Positions 16,554 to 25,375 of a stretch of DNA of 64,000 bases are shown piece by piece (within the stretch, counting starts at the first letter, position 1; each line of letters starts with the position of its first letter). A program made the translations under genes and the position numbers. This DNA comes from Eubacteriales bacterium (GTDB lineage: Bacteria > Bacillota > Clostridia > Oscillospirales > CAG-272), in NCBI GenBank assembly GCA_045587445.1, contig JAZNCH010000062.1:26715-90714 (forward strand). The letters run 5' to 3'. The notes under the pieces were generated by a model, which saw only the letters and a list, made by a program, of their open reading frames with translations, ran no database searches and was not told the DNA's origin.

Positions 16554-17492
16554 ATGGCAGATAAAATTGCAACAAGAGAAGCTTACGGCAAGGCGCTTGC
16601 CGAGTTTGGTGAAAAATATGATTTTGTAGTATTCGATGCTGACCTTGCTGAAGCTACAAAGACTATAACTTTTAAGAAAAAATTTCCTGAAAGACACTTT
16701 GACTGCGGTATCGCAGAGGGTAACATGGTTTCCGTTGCTGCAGGTGTTGCCGCAACAGGTAAGATTCCTTTCGTTTCTACCTTCGCTATGTTCGCTGCAG
16801 GTCGTTCTTTTGAACAGATTAGAAACTCTATCGGTTATCCTCACCTCAATGTTAAGATCGGTGCTACTCACGGCGGTATTTCCGTTGGTGAAGACGGTGC
16901 TACTCACCAGTGCAACGAAGACTTTGCTACAATGCGTACTATTCCCGGTATGACAGTAATTTGTCCCGCAGACGCTGTTGAAGCAAGAGCTGTTGTTGAA
17001 GCGGCTATTCTTCACGAGGGACCTGTTTATATGAGATTCGGCAGATTTGCTGTTCCCACTCTTTTTGACCAGGAAACATATAAGTTCGAAATCGGTAAGG
17101 GCGTTCAAATGGCTGACGGTAAAGACGTTACTATCGTTGCAAACGGCCTTATGGTTGAACAGGCTCTTATTGCTAAAGATATGCTCGCTGAAGAGGGTAT
17201 CAGTGCAAGAGTTATCAATATGGCTACTATTAAGCCTATAGATAAGGATATTCTTGTTAAGGCTGCAAAAGAAACAGGTGCTATCGTAACTGCTGAAGAA
17301 CACAGCGTTATCGGCGGTCTCGGAAGTGCTGTATGTGAAGTATTGGCAGAAACTTGCCCCGTTCCAGTAACTAAGGTTGGCGTTAAGGACGCATTCGGCA
17401 GAAGCGGTAAAGTTCCGCCATTGCTTGAAATGTATGGTCTTACAGCAGCAGACATTGTTGCTAAGGCAAAAGAAGCAATCGCACTTAAGTAA
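16554..17492 (+). CDS. Transketolase, C-terminal (pyrimidine-binding) subunit
   Basis: MADKIATREAYGKAL...DCGIAEGNMVSVAAG...GATHQCNEDFATMRTIPGM. The start follows the AGGAG RBS; the ORF-track start at 16362 overlaps the upstream gene. Confidence 0.93.
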   Translation: MADKIATREAYGKALAEFGEKYDFVVFDADLAEATKTITFKKKFPERHFDCGIAEGNMVSVAAGVAATGKIPFVSTFAMFAAGRSFEQIRNSIGYPHLNVKIGATHGGISVGEDGATHQCNEDFATMRTIPGMTVICPADAVEARAVVEAAILHEGPVYMRFGRFAVPTLFDQETYKFEIGKGVQMADGKDVTIVANGLMVEQALIAKDMLAEEGISARVINMATIKPIDKDILVKAAKETGAIVTAEEHSVIGGLGSAVCEVLAETCPVPVTKVGVKDAFGRSGKVPPLLEMYGLTAADIVAKAKEAIALK

Positions 17493-17563
17493 AGAAATAA
17501 AGTATTATACCTCGAGATTCGGGAGATAATAAAATCAGGTATAAATAAAAAAGGAGAAAACAA

Positions 17564-17875
17564 ATGGCTGTTATTACTATAACAAAAGAAAACTACGATG
17601 AAGAAGTTATCAATTCCTCCGTTCCCGTATTGCTCGATTTCTGGGCAACTTGGTGCGGTCCCTGCCGTATGCTTTCTCCCATTGTTGACGAAATCGCAAA
17701 CGAGGTTGAAGGTAAGGCTAAGGTTGGTAAGATAAACGTTGATGAACAGCCTGACTTAGCTCAGCAGTTTGGTATAATGAGTATACCGACACTTGTATTT
17801 ATGAAAAACGGCGAAGTCGTCGCAAAAGAAGTGGGCGTAAGAAGCAAACAGGCTATACTTGATAAGCTTAACTGA
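17564..17875 (+). CDS. trxA: Thioredoxin
   Basis: WCGPC active site, 103 aa, with a strong AAGGAGA RBS. Confidence 0.95.
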   Translation: MAVITITKENYDEEVINSSVPVLLDFWATWCGPCRMLSPIVDEIANEVEGKAKVGKINVDEQPDLAQQFGIMSIPTLVFMKNGEVVAKEVGVRSKQAILDKLN

Positions 17876-17945
17876 ATAAAAAAAGGCTTTGCCCAATGAA
17901 TAATATCACGGACAAAGCCTATTTTTTGTTTTTAGAAAAATATTG

Positions 17946-18245
17946 TCAGTTGCTATCAGTGCCAAGTGCTATAGGTTCATCACTTTCCTCAGCAAGTTTT
18001 GCCTCGTATGCTTCGAGAACTGCTTTTTCAAGTGATGCTCTGAACTCTGCGTTGATCGGATGTACGATATCGCGATATGTGTTGTCTGAGTTCTTTCTGC
18101 TTGGCATCACAATGAACAGTTTGTCTTTAGTGTTGATTACCTTGATGTCGTGAACTGCAAGCTGGTCGTCGAAGGTTACTGATACGATTGCTTTCATAGG
18201 ACTTTCGTCGAATATTTTTCTGATTTTGATATCAGTAATAACCAT
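17946..18245 (-). CDS. spoVG: Septation protein SpoVG
   Basis: MVITDIKIRKIFDESPMKAIVSVTFDDQLAVHDIKVI...FIVMPSRK, with an AGGAGG RBS. The ORF-track N-terminal extension was rejected. Confidence 0.93.
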   Translation of the reverse strand: MVITDIKIRKIFDESPMKAIVSVTFDDQLAVHDIKVINTKDKLFIVMPSRKNSDNTYRDIVHPINAEFRASLEKAVLEAYEAKLAEESDEPIALGTDSN

Positions 18246-18440
18246 AAGTTTACCTCCTACGTATAATAGTATTGTGTCTATTATATTGTAACAGTATTTT
18301 ATGAATTTTATTCTACATTTTTTGGTAGAAATTTGAACATTTTTATAAACATTTGTCAATAATTTGTGTATTATAGCTAAAGTGATAATAATGTATATAT
18401 ATAAAATGACAAACAAACGAAAAAAGGCGGCGTGATTACA

Positions 18441-19811
18441 ATGAAACAGAACGATAGATTTATATTACCCGAAGGGGCAGAATCGATATTTTTTATCGGG
18501 ATATGCGGAATAAGTATGTCAAGCCTCGCAAGTATTACTCACACTCACGGAATTAAGGTTGGCGGTTCGGATACCAACGACGGGGAAATGGCGGCAAAAC
18601 TGCGTTCCGAGGGAATAGAAATATTTATAGGTCATTCCGCCGATAACCTTAAGGGGTATGACGCTGTTGTATATACTGCGGCGATTGCCGACACTAACCC
18701 CGAGCTGCGTTATGCTCGCGAAAAGGGGTTGCCTTGCATAAACAGAGCCGATTACCTTGGTAGATTGATGCTTTCATATACAAACAGAATCGGCGTTGCA
18801 GGTATGCACGGAAAAAGCAGTGTAACCGGTATGATTGCCCACGTGTTTATTGAAAACGGCAAAGAGCCTACCGTTCTCAACGGTGCAAATACTGCCGAGC
18901 TTGGCGGCGGTGCATACAGAATCGGTGATAACAATGGTTTTATTTTTGAAGCTTGTGAATATAAAGACAGCTTTTTGTCATTCCACCCCGATACCGCCGT
19001 TTTACTTAATCTTGAAATGGACCACGTTGATTATTTCCATTCCTTAGACCAAATCAAACAGTCCTTTGCAACCTATGCCGATAAGGCGCATACGGTTGTC
19101 GCTTGCGGAAATGACGCAGATTTGATGGATTCTCTTAAGGGATATAAAGGTAGACTTATAACCTACGGCGTTAATGATGATTCTTTAGACTTCTACGGAT
19201 ATGATATAAAAGAAAATGAATATGGCTACGATACGTTTAAGATTGCTCATAAGGGCGAGGAGATATGCCGAGTTGAATTATCCGTTCCCGGTGAACATAA
19301 CGTTGTAAATGCCGTTGCCGCAATTACCGTCGGTATTTTGCACGGTATTGATGCACAAAAAGCGGCTGAAAGTATGTTGACCTTTAAGGGTGTCAACCGC
19401 CGTAACGAATATAGAGGCAAAAGAGACGGCGTTATTATTTACGACGACTACGCTCACCACCCCTCTGAAATAAAAGCAAGTTTGCACGGCTTACGAAAGC
19501 TTTGTAAAGGTAAATTGTGGTGCGTTTATCAGCCCCATACCTATTCAAGAACAGCAGGGCTTTTTGATGAATTTTGTGAAAGCTTTGGTGAGGCAGACAA
19601 CGTTATCTTTGCAGAAATCTATGCCGCGAGAGAGATTAATACCTTTGGTATTTCCTCGAAAGACCTTGCCGATAAGATAGACGGTGCCCTTTATTTTGAT
19701 TCCTTTGAGAAGATTGCAGACTACGTTAAACAAAACGCGACAGCAGGCGATTTGGTTGTTTCTATGGGTGCCGGCGACGTGTTTAAGGTGCATCAGTTGT
19801 TGTTAAAGTAA
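18441..19811 (+). CDS. murC: UDP-N-acetylmuramate--L-alanine ligase
   Basis: It shows the Mur ligase pattern IFFIGICGISMSSLA, GVAGMHGKSSVTGM and DDYAHHPSEI. I prefer ATG 18441 over GTG 18432 on RBS spacing. Confidence 0.93.
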   Translation: MKQNDRFILPEGAESIFFIGICGISMSSLASITHTHGIKVGGSDTNDGEMAAKLRSEGIEIFIGHSADNLKGYDAVVYTAAIADTNPELRYAREKGLPCINRADYLGRLMLSYTNRIGVAGMHGKSSVTGMIAHVFIENGKEPTVLNGANTAELGGGAYRIGDNNGFIFEACEYKDSFLSFHPDTAVLLNLEMDHVDYFHSLDQIKQSFATYADKAHTVVACGNDADLMDSLKGYKGRLITYGVNDDSLDFYGYDIKENEYGYDTFKIAHKGEEICRVELSVPGEHNVVNAVAAITVGILHGIDAQKAAESMLTFKGVNRRNEYRGKRDGVIIYDDYAHHPSEIKASLHGLRKLCKGKLWCVYQPHTYSRTAGLFDEFCESFGEADNVIFAEIYAAREINTFGISSKDLADKIDGALYFDSFEKIADYVKQNATAGDLVVSMGAGDVFKVHQLLLK

Positions 19812-20040
19812 GAAGAGGGCTTAAACCCTTTTGAAAAAAGGGTTTAAGAATCCCAAAATGTTTTATGGGAACTTTTTGAAAAAAGTTCCTAAACCCTCAA
19901 AAACTTTGAATAAGGGGAAATGTGGGAAAAATGTTCTACAATCATTACTATATACTGTGGGCGGTGGCTTGCTGCCGCCGTCAAAAATAACAGAGTTTAT
20001 TCTTTTTTTTGCGTGGGCTTTAAAAAAAGTCCACTTTTTT
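19812..20040. repeat. Composite array of hairpin modules (same family)
   Basis: CTTAAACCC-TTTTGAAAAAA-GGGTTTAAG 19820-19848; GGGAAC-TTTTTGAAAAAA-GTTCCT 19867-19890; GGCGG..CCGCC 19960-19979; GTGGGC-TTTAAAAAAA-GTCCAC 20012-20034. Confidence 0.8.
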
Positions 20041-20138
20041 TATATTATGCAGAAAAAATTTTATAAAAAACGGCTGAAATGTAACGTTTGTTTCGAATAT
20101 AATTAATGAAAGACTTTCAAAAATGCGAGGACACATAG

Positions 20139-20699
20139 TTGAAGAATAAAAAATTATTTGAACTCAAAGAATCCCCCGAGCTATTATTACAAGAGCTAAT
20201 GGACGAATATATGGGATTCGTTTATTCAATTGTATACAAAAAGCTTTATACGGTTGCAACAGAAGAAGATATAGAGGAGGTTGTGAGCGATGTTTTTGTA
20301 AGGCTTTACAAGAGTTTGGATTATTACGACTTTGAAAAAAGTTCAATCAAAACCTTTATTGCAGTTATTTCAAAAAACACGGCGACAGATAAATTCAGGC
20401 AATTAACTGCGAATAATGTTGTTTTGTTGAATGTAGATGATTTTCCGGAAATTCAAGATGATGAAGAAGATACAAGCAAATATTACATAAAGAAAGAAGA
20501 ACAAGAAGAAATATTTAAAGCAGTCTTTAATTTAAAAGAACCAAATAGAACAATAATCTTTCGTCGTTTTTATCTTAACGAAACAGTTGCAGAAATAGCA
20601 AAAAAAATGAGGTTATCTCCAAATGCGGTTCAAAAGCGTTTATTGCGAACTTTAAAAAGATTGAAAACTATGTTGGGAGGTTATTTTGATGCAAAATAA
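20139..20699 (+). CDS. ECF-type sigma-70 family RNA polymerase sigma factor
   Basis: Region 2 (YMGFVYSIVYKKL..VSDVFVRLYKSL) and region 4 (IIFRRFYLNETVAEIAKKMRLSPNAVQKRLLRTLKRL) are present. It has a TTG start 7 nt after a GAGGA RBS. Confidence 0.85.
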   Translation: MKNKKLFELKESPELLLQELMDEYMGFVYSIVYKKLYTVATEEDIEEVVSDVFVRLYKSLDYYDFEKSSIKTFIAVISKNTATDKFRQLTANNVVLLNVDDFPEIQDDEEDTSKYYIKKEEQEEIFKAVFNLKEPNRTIIFRRFYLNETVAEIAKKMRLSPNAVQKRLLRTLKRLKTMLGGYFDAK

Positions 20700-21423
20700 A
20701 ATAAATTATGCCCTTAATTGTATTTCGGACGAAAATGAACTAAAGGTATATAACAGTAGTATAGATGTTGATTACATGTTGAATAAGGAAACGCTTGATA
20801 GAATAAAAAACAAAACTTTTGAAAAACTTAATATTTTACCCCCGATTCAGACAACAAAATTGGTTTTTTCACCCTTAAAGATAGCAGTTTTCGCTTGTGT
20901 AGCTGTTTTGTTGACGTTTACTACTGTATGCGCGGTTGCTGAACCTGTACGTGATAGAATAATAAAAATATTTAACGGTCAAGCTGAAGAAACAGAACAG
21001 TATGTATATCCGTATCTTGAAACGCCAGAATATACGCCGATAACGTATCCTGTTGAAGAAGAATTGGATTTTTCAAAGTTTGATTATTCTTCCGTAGATA
21101 AGATAATTATTACAAGTGGAAAAACAGGAGATAAAAAGACGTTTTATATAATTGAAGAAATATTGTCAAAAGTTAAGCAATTAAAGGGCAATTCGCCTGT
21201 AAGCTCAAGAGGATATTCCGGATTTGGTTATCACGTTGAAATGTATAACGGTGAAAATGAATTGTATAACTTTTCTGTTTTTACTGTAGACGATAAATTT
21301 TTACTTTATTATGGTGTATATGAAGAGTTTGAAAATATAAAATATAGCTGTATGTATACTTGCGACACTTCAGTTAAGGAAATCGAAGAGTATTTTGATA
21401 TATTGTTTGATTGGAAAGAATAA
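20689..21423 (+). CDS. Putative anti-sigma factor (single-pass membrane protein)
   Basis: It overlaps the sigma-gene stop by 11 nt and has a GGGAGG RBS. There is one TM helix (LKIAVFACVAVLLTFTTVCAV) and an extracytoplasmic domain of unknown family. Confidence 0.6.
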   Translation: MQNKINYALNCISDENELKVYNSSIDVDYMLNKETLDRIKNKTFEKLNILPPIQTTKLVFSPLKIAVFACVAVLLTFTTVCAVAEPVRDRIIKIFNGQAEETEQYVYPYLETPEYTPITYPVEEELDFSKFDYSSVDKIIITSGKTGDKKTFYIIEEILSKVKQLKGNSPVSSRGYSGFGYHVEMYNGENELYNFSVFTVDDKFLLYYGVYEEFENIKYSCMYTCDTSVKEIEEYFDILFDWKE

Positions 21424-21812
21424 AAATATTTTCTATGGGAACTTTTTTCAAAAAGTTCCCATACCCTCAAAAATTTTACTTCTTACTTTCATTTAAGGAA
21501 AGAAAGTAAGCAAAGAAACCTTGCTTCTCAGGTTTGTGCCACTTTTCTTTGTTTGTGTAATTGCAAACAACATTACGGGAGGAGCAAGCCCCTCCCCTAC
21601 CTATCCAATATTATTAAGTGCGGTAGGGGAGCGCCTTCGTGCTCCCAAAAAAACAAACATTTTTTTACAAATAAAAATTGGCGTATATATAATTATTTTC
21701 GGGCAGCCTTTGGCTGCCCATTTTAAAGTTTTTGTCATATCAAGGTGCGTTTTTTCAAAAACGCCCCCTTGTGGGTGTTAGGGCGAAGCCCTAATATTAT
21801 AACACAAAAAAA
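21424..21812. repeat. Composite array of hairpin modules (same family)
   Basis: Hairpins lie at 21437-21460, 21482-21510, 21567-21596, 21626-21647, 21701-21719, 21741-21771 and 21778-21794. The array contains the 97-nt element 21622-21719. Confidence 0.8.
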
Positions 21813-21834
21813 CTACCCTTAATTACAAGGGTAG
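21813..21834 (-). terminator. Terminator of the PPTase gene
   Basis: CTACCCTT-gtaatt-AAGGGTAG on the minus strand overlaps the stop codon. TTTTTTTGTG follows (plus-strand A-run 21806-21812). Confidence 0.7.
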
Positions 21835-22403
21835 GGAAGATGGTAATATAAAAAATCAGTAGTATCTCTAACGGAACAGACGGTTATCAACATACCGTCT
21901 GTTTTTTTGTGGGTATAGATATATTTGTCTGGGGTATTATCAAAAAAGCCGTTACCTGTAAGTTTACCTTTTGATTCTCTTTTTGTCCATTCGGTTACGT
22001 CTATCGCAAAGCGTTTCTTTATTCTTTCGAGGAGTTCTTTGTCTTCTTCAATATCAACGCCGATAGGGGTGTCGGATATTGCACATACAGCGTAATTACC
22101 CGAATGTGATAGGCTGAAATAGAATATATCGTCTAAAACTTTTGGCTTTCCTTTTTCGTCTTCGTAAAATGAAAGACTGTCAAAGTTATAATGTGTACTG
22201 TCTTCAACGGCAAATCTTAAAACTGCACCTGCACCGACTGAACGGGCTTTATCCATTGGTGAAATCAGCCTATCTGCCTTTTCTTGTCTTGCTTTTCCTA
22301 TTCTGTTGTAATAGTATTTATATACCTCTTCGTTAAGAAGCGGTCGCACGTCTACGATATAAACCTTATTCAAATAATCACCTACTTTTCTATATTTTAT
22401 CAT
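21819..22403 (-). CDS. 4'-phosphopantetheinyl transferase (Sfp-type)
   Basis: GKPKV...FYFSLSHSGNYAVCAISDTPIGVDIEE and WTKRESKGKLTG are PPTase superfamily motifs. The start is uncertain: ATG 22403 has no RBS, and TTG 22373 follows AGGTGA. Confidence 0.75.
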   Translation of the reverse strand: MIKYRKVGDYLNKVYIVDVRPLLNEEVYKYYYNRIGKARQEKADRLISPMDKARSVGAGAVLRFAVEDSTHYNFDSLSFYEDEKGKPKVLDDIFYFSLSHSGNYAVCAISDTPIGVDIEEDKELLERIKKRFAIDVTEWTKRESKGKLTGNGFFDNTPDKYIYTHKKTDGMLITVCSVRDTTDFLYYHLPYPCN

Positions 22404-22436
22404 CTTAAAAAAGCAATGTCAACATATAAAATTTAC

Positions 22437-22464
22437 TTGATATTTCCTTTGTTTATGATATAAT
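22437..22464 (+). promoter_or_regulatory. Sigma-70 promoter (extended -10) of queT-lplA
   Basis: TTGATA (22437-22442), a 16-nt spacer ending in TGA, then TATAAT (22459-22464). Confidence 0.6.
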
Positions 22465-22495
22465 ATATTTATTAATGATAGGAGGACGTTCTACT

Positions 22496-23038
22496 ATGAT
22501 TGACAGAATTGAAAAAGGTAAAAAAATAAGGGGAGTTACGCATTACTTAACGAGGGCGGCAATTGTCGCGGCGTTATATGCTGCCGTAACATTAGTAATA
22601 TATCCGTTTTCTTTCGGTTACCTTCAAATAAGAATATCAGAGGCTTTGACTATATTGCCTTTCTTTATGCCCGAGGCTATATTGGGGCTTTTTATAGGTT
22701 GTATAATATCCAATTTCTTCAGTCCGAATATTGTTATTCTTGACGTAATATTCGGTAGTTTGGCAACCCTTTTGGCTGCTCTTTTGACTAATCAGTGCCA
22801 AAAGCTCGGAAAGTTAGGCAGATGGTTGGCTCCGCTTCCGCCTGTACTTACAAACGCCGTTGTAATCGGACTTGTTATTGCACTTTCTATGACACAGAGG
22901 GGAGAAGGAAGTTTTTATACCATCTTTCTTTTCAATGCGTTAACGGTTGGAGCAGGTCAGCTTGTCGCCTGTTACGGACTGGGCATACCCCTTTCGTTTA
23001 TTCTTGATAAAATCAAAGATAAGATAAAGGTAAAATAA
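22496..23038 (+). CDS. queT: QueT family queuosine-precursor transporter (ECF S-component-like)
   Basis: TRAAIVAALYAAVTLV..ISEALTILPFFMPEAILGLFIGCIISN, with five to six TM segments. It starts 9 nt after the GGAGGA RBS. Confidence 0.8.
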   Translation: MIDRIEKGKKIRGVTHYLTRAAIVAALYAAVTLVIYPFSFGYLQIRISEALTILPFFMPEAILGLFIGCIISNFFSPNIVILDVIFGSLATLLAALLTNQCQKLGKLGRWLAPLPPVLTNAVVIGLVIALSMTQRGEGSFYTIFLFNALTVGAGQLVACYGLGIPLSFILDKIKDKIKVK

Positions 23039-24021
23039 TGATTATATATAAAAATAACAGTACCGACGCATATTTCAATTTGGCCCTTGAGCAATATTTG
23101 CTTGACTCAAAAGAGGGAAGTATATTTATGCTATGGCGTAACGATAAGGCGGTAATAATCGGCAAAAATCAAAATGCTTATGCCGAGCTTGACCTTGATT
23201 ACGTAGAAAAAAACAATATCAAGGTTGTACGGCGGCTTACAGGCGGGGGAGCTGTTTTTCACGATATTGGAAATATAAACTTTTCTTTTATCGTACCGGA
23301 CACAGAAAAGGCGGTTCTTGATTTTGACAGGTTTACCAAACCAATAATAGAGGCTTTAAAATCACTCGGTATTGAAAACGTACGTCTTTCGGGCAGAAAT
23401 GACATTATGATAGGCGACTCGAAAATATCGGGTAATGCTCAAAGTTCATATAACGGCAAGACACTTCATCACGGCTGTATGCTTTATTCAGCCGACCTGT
23501 CTATGCTTACGGGAGCTTTGAGGGTTGACCCTGAAAAAATAAAGTCAAAGGGTATAAAAAGCGTTCGCAACAGAGTTGCTAACATTAAGGACTTTTTAAA
23601 AAAAGATATATCCGTTACCGACTTTATGGACTATCTTGAAAACTATGTAGCAAAAGAAACAGATTCGGAAGTTATTAGTCTTACTGATGAAGATATAAAG
23701 AAAACTCAAAAACTTGCCGACGAAAAATATTCAACTTGGGATTGGAATTTCGGTAAGTCAAAAGAGTTTTCGGTACAAATAAAGAAAAGATATGATTTTG
23801 GCTCGGTTGCCGTCGATTTAAATGTCGAGGGCGGTATTATTAAAGCTATTAAAATATCGGGTGATTTCTTCGGTGTCAGAGACATTGGTGAAATAGAAAA
23901 TATATTAACCGACACAAAATTCGAAACAGAAGCTTTAAAGGATAAGCTAAAAAATAGTTTGATAGGCGAATGTATATCTGGAATGACTTCCGATATGTTT
24001 ATTGAGCTTTTGTGGTCATAG
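23038..24021 (+). CDS. lplA: Lipoate--protein ligase
   Basis: RRLTGGGAVFHDIGNINFSFI, GRNDI...KISGNAQ and the C-terminal LplA accessory domain are present. Confidence 0.9.
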   Translation: MIIYKNNSTDAYFNLALEQYLLDSKEGSIFMLWRNDKAVIIGKNQNAYAELDLDYVEKNNIKVVRRLTGGGAVFHDIGNINFSFIVPDTEKAVLDFDRFTKPIIEALKSLGIENVRLSGRNDIMIGDSKISGNAQSSYNGKTLHHGCMLYSADLSMLTGALRVDPEKIKSKGIKSVRNRVANIKDFLKKDISVTDFMDYLENYVAKETDSEVISLTDEDIKKTQKLADEKYSTWDWNFGKSKEFSVQIKKRYDFGSVAVDLNVEGGIIKAIKISGDFFGVRDIGEIENILTDTKFETEALKDKLKNSLIGECISGMTSDMFIELLWS

Positions 24022-24034
24022 AAGGGAGAATACA

Positions 24035-24811
24035 ATGAAATACAAACAGTATGAGGCTTTAGCTTCCTTTTATGATGCTCTTAATCCCGAGGTGGATTAT
24101 ACTGCTTGGGCGGGTTTTATAAAGAAAATAATTGATAAATTTGGCAAGATAGAAACAAAGCTTTTGCTTGATTTGGCTTGCGGAACAGGAAGTATGTCGG
24201 TTGAGCTTTCAAAACTCGGATATGAAGTAATTGGTGTTGACTTGTCGGCTGAAATGCTTATGGAAGCACAGAATAAGGCTTATGACACCGAGCAGAGCAT
24301 TCTGTTTTTAAATCAGGATATGAGTGAGCTTGACCTTTACGGAACGGTTGATGCTGTCGTTTGTTGCCTTGACAGTATAAATTATCTTACAGACGAAGAA
24401 AAGCTGAAAAAAACTTTGGCTCTTGTCAACAACTTTATGAACGACGGCGGGTTATTTATATTTGACGTGAATACGCCTTATAAATTTAAAAATATCTACG
24501 GAAACAATGCTTATATTCTTGAATCAGACGGTGTATTATGTGCTTGGCAGAATACCTTTGACGAAAAAACATCAATATGCGATTTTGATTTAAGCTTTTT
24601 CGTTGAAAAGAAAAATAATACTTACGAACGCTTTGACGAGTGTCAGAGAGAAAGAATGTATACGGACACAGAGTTACGTGAAATGTTGAAAAACGCTTCC
24701 TTTGAGGTTCTCAAGGTGTATTCGAACTATGATTTTAAGGAGTATACTGAAACCGACGAGCGTTGGTATTACGTTTGCAGAGCTAACAATAAAAATAAAA
24801 ATGATGTATGA
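24035..24811 (+). CDS. Class I SAM-dependent methyltransferase
   Basis: Motif I LLDLACGTGSMSVEL is followed by an acidic post-I residue (GVDLS). It starts after the GGGAGA RBS. Confidence 0.8.
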   Translation: MKYKQYEALASFYDALNPEVDYTAWAGFIKKIIDKFGKIETKLLLDLACGTGSMSVELSKLGYEVIGVDLSAEMLMEAQNKAYDTEQSILFLNQDMSELDLYGTVDAVVCCLDSINYLTDEEKLKKTLALVNNFMNDGGLFIFDVNTPYKFKNIYGNNAYILESDGVLCAWQNTFDEKTSICDFDLSFFVEKKNNTYERFDECQRERMYTDTELREMLKNASFEVLKVYSNYDFKEYTETDERWYYVCRANNKNKNDV

Positions 24812-24832
24812 AATCTTCATACATCATTTTTT
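24801..24832. terminator. Bidirectional terminator between convergent genes
   Basis: A perfect 12-bp stem ATGATGTATGAA (24801-12) / TTCATACATCAT (24816-27), followed by a T-run. It overlaps both stop codons. Confidence 0.8.
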
Positions 24833-25316
24833 ATATTGTATATTCAAGCTCAATATACTTATGCTCTTTTTCAAACAGAATATGGGTAACATAGTTACCG
24901 GTCTCTTTAAAACCTAAATTTAAGTAGCATTTATATGCCGATTCGTTGGTGTCAAATACCGACAGAGTAACGGTTGTTGCTTTTAGGTTGGCTTTTGCGT
25001 AGTTTAATGCCGATTGTAACATTTGTTTGCCGTATCCCTTGCCTCTTTTTGTGCTGTCAACAATAATAAGCCCGAATTTATACTTGTCCTGTTGAAGTTT
25101 TTGAATAAAGAAATGCCCGATAATATCGCCTTTGTCTTCGGCAATCATACCCAAAAAAACTTCGTTCCTATTTTGATACAGCTTGTTAAATTCTTCGGGC
25201 GAAAGCGGATAGTTTTTGAATCTGTCGGCACACCAAAGCCTAAACGCTTTTTCGTCTTCTATCCAGTTTACGATAATTTCTGCATCGCTTGATTTATACG
25301 GTCTTAATTTCAACAT
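24831..25316 (-). CDS. GNAT family N-acetyltransferase
   Basis: It contains the acetyl-CoA motif VDSTKRGKGYGKQMLQSALNYA. The start is at MLKLRPYKSSD. Confidence 0.85.
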   Translation of the reverse strand: MLKLRPYKSSDAEIIVNWIEDEKAFRLWCADRFKNYPLSPEEFNKLYQNRNEVFLGMIAEDKGDIIGHFFIQKLQQDKYKFGLIIVDSTKRGKGYGKQMLQSALNYAKANLKATTVTLSVFDTNESAYKCYLNLGFKETGNYVTHILFEKEHKYIELEYTI

Positions 25317-25375
25317 AGTTATAGTCCTTTTTGTAATTAAAGGGAGCTTTATTAAAGCTCCCCCCTTGTGTTTTG

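Noticed and set aside
15698-17492. Split transketolase as a disrupted pseudogene
   Set aside because: Separate N- and C-terminal transketolase subunit genes, each with its own RBS, are the normal arrangement in many Clostridia and archaea. Both halves are intact.
22404-22495. preQ1 riboswitch upstream of queT
   Set aside because: queT is a classic preQ1-riboswitch target. Here, however, the promoter -10 (22459-64) is only about 30 nt from the start codon. The leader contains no sequence resembling the preQ1-I (..AGAGGTTC..CTA..AAAAAACTA) or preQ1-II cores.
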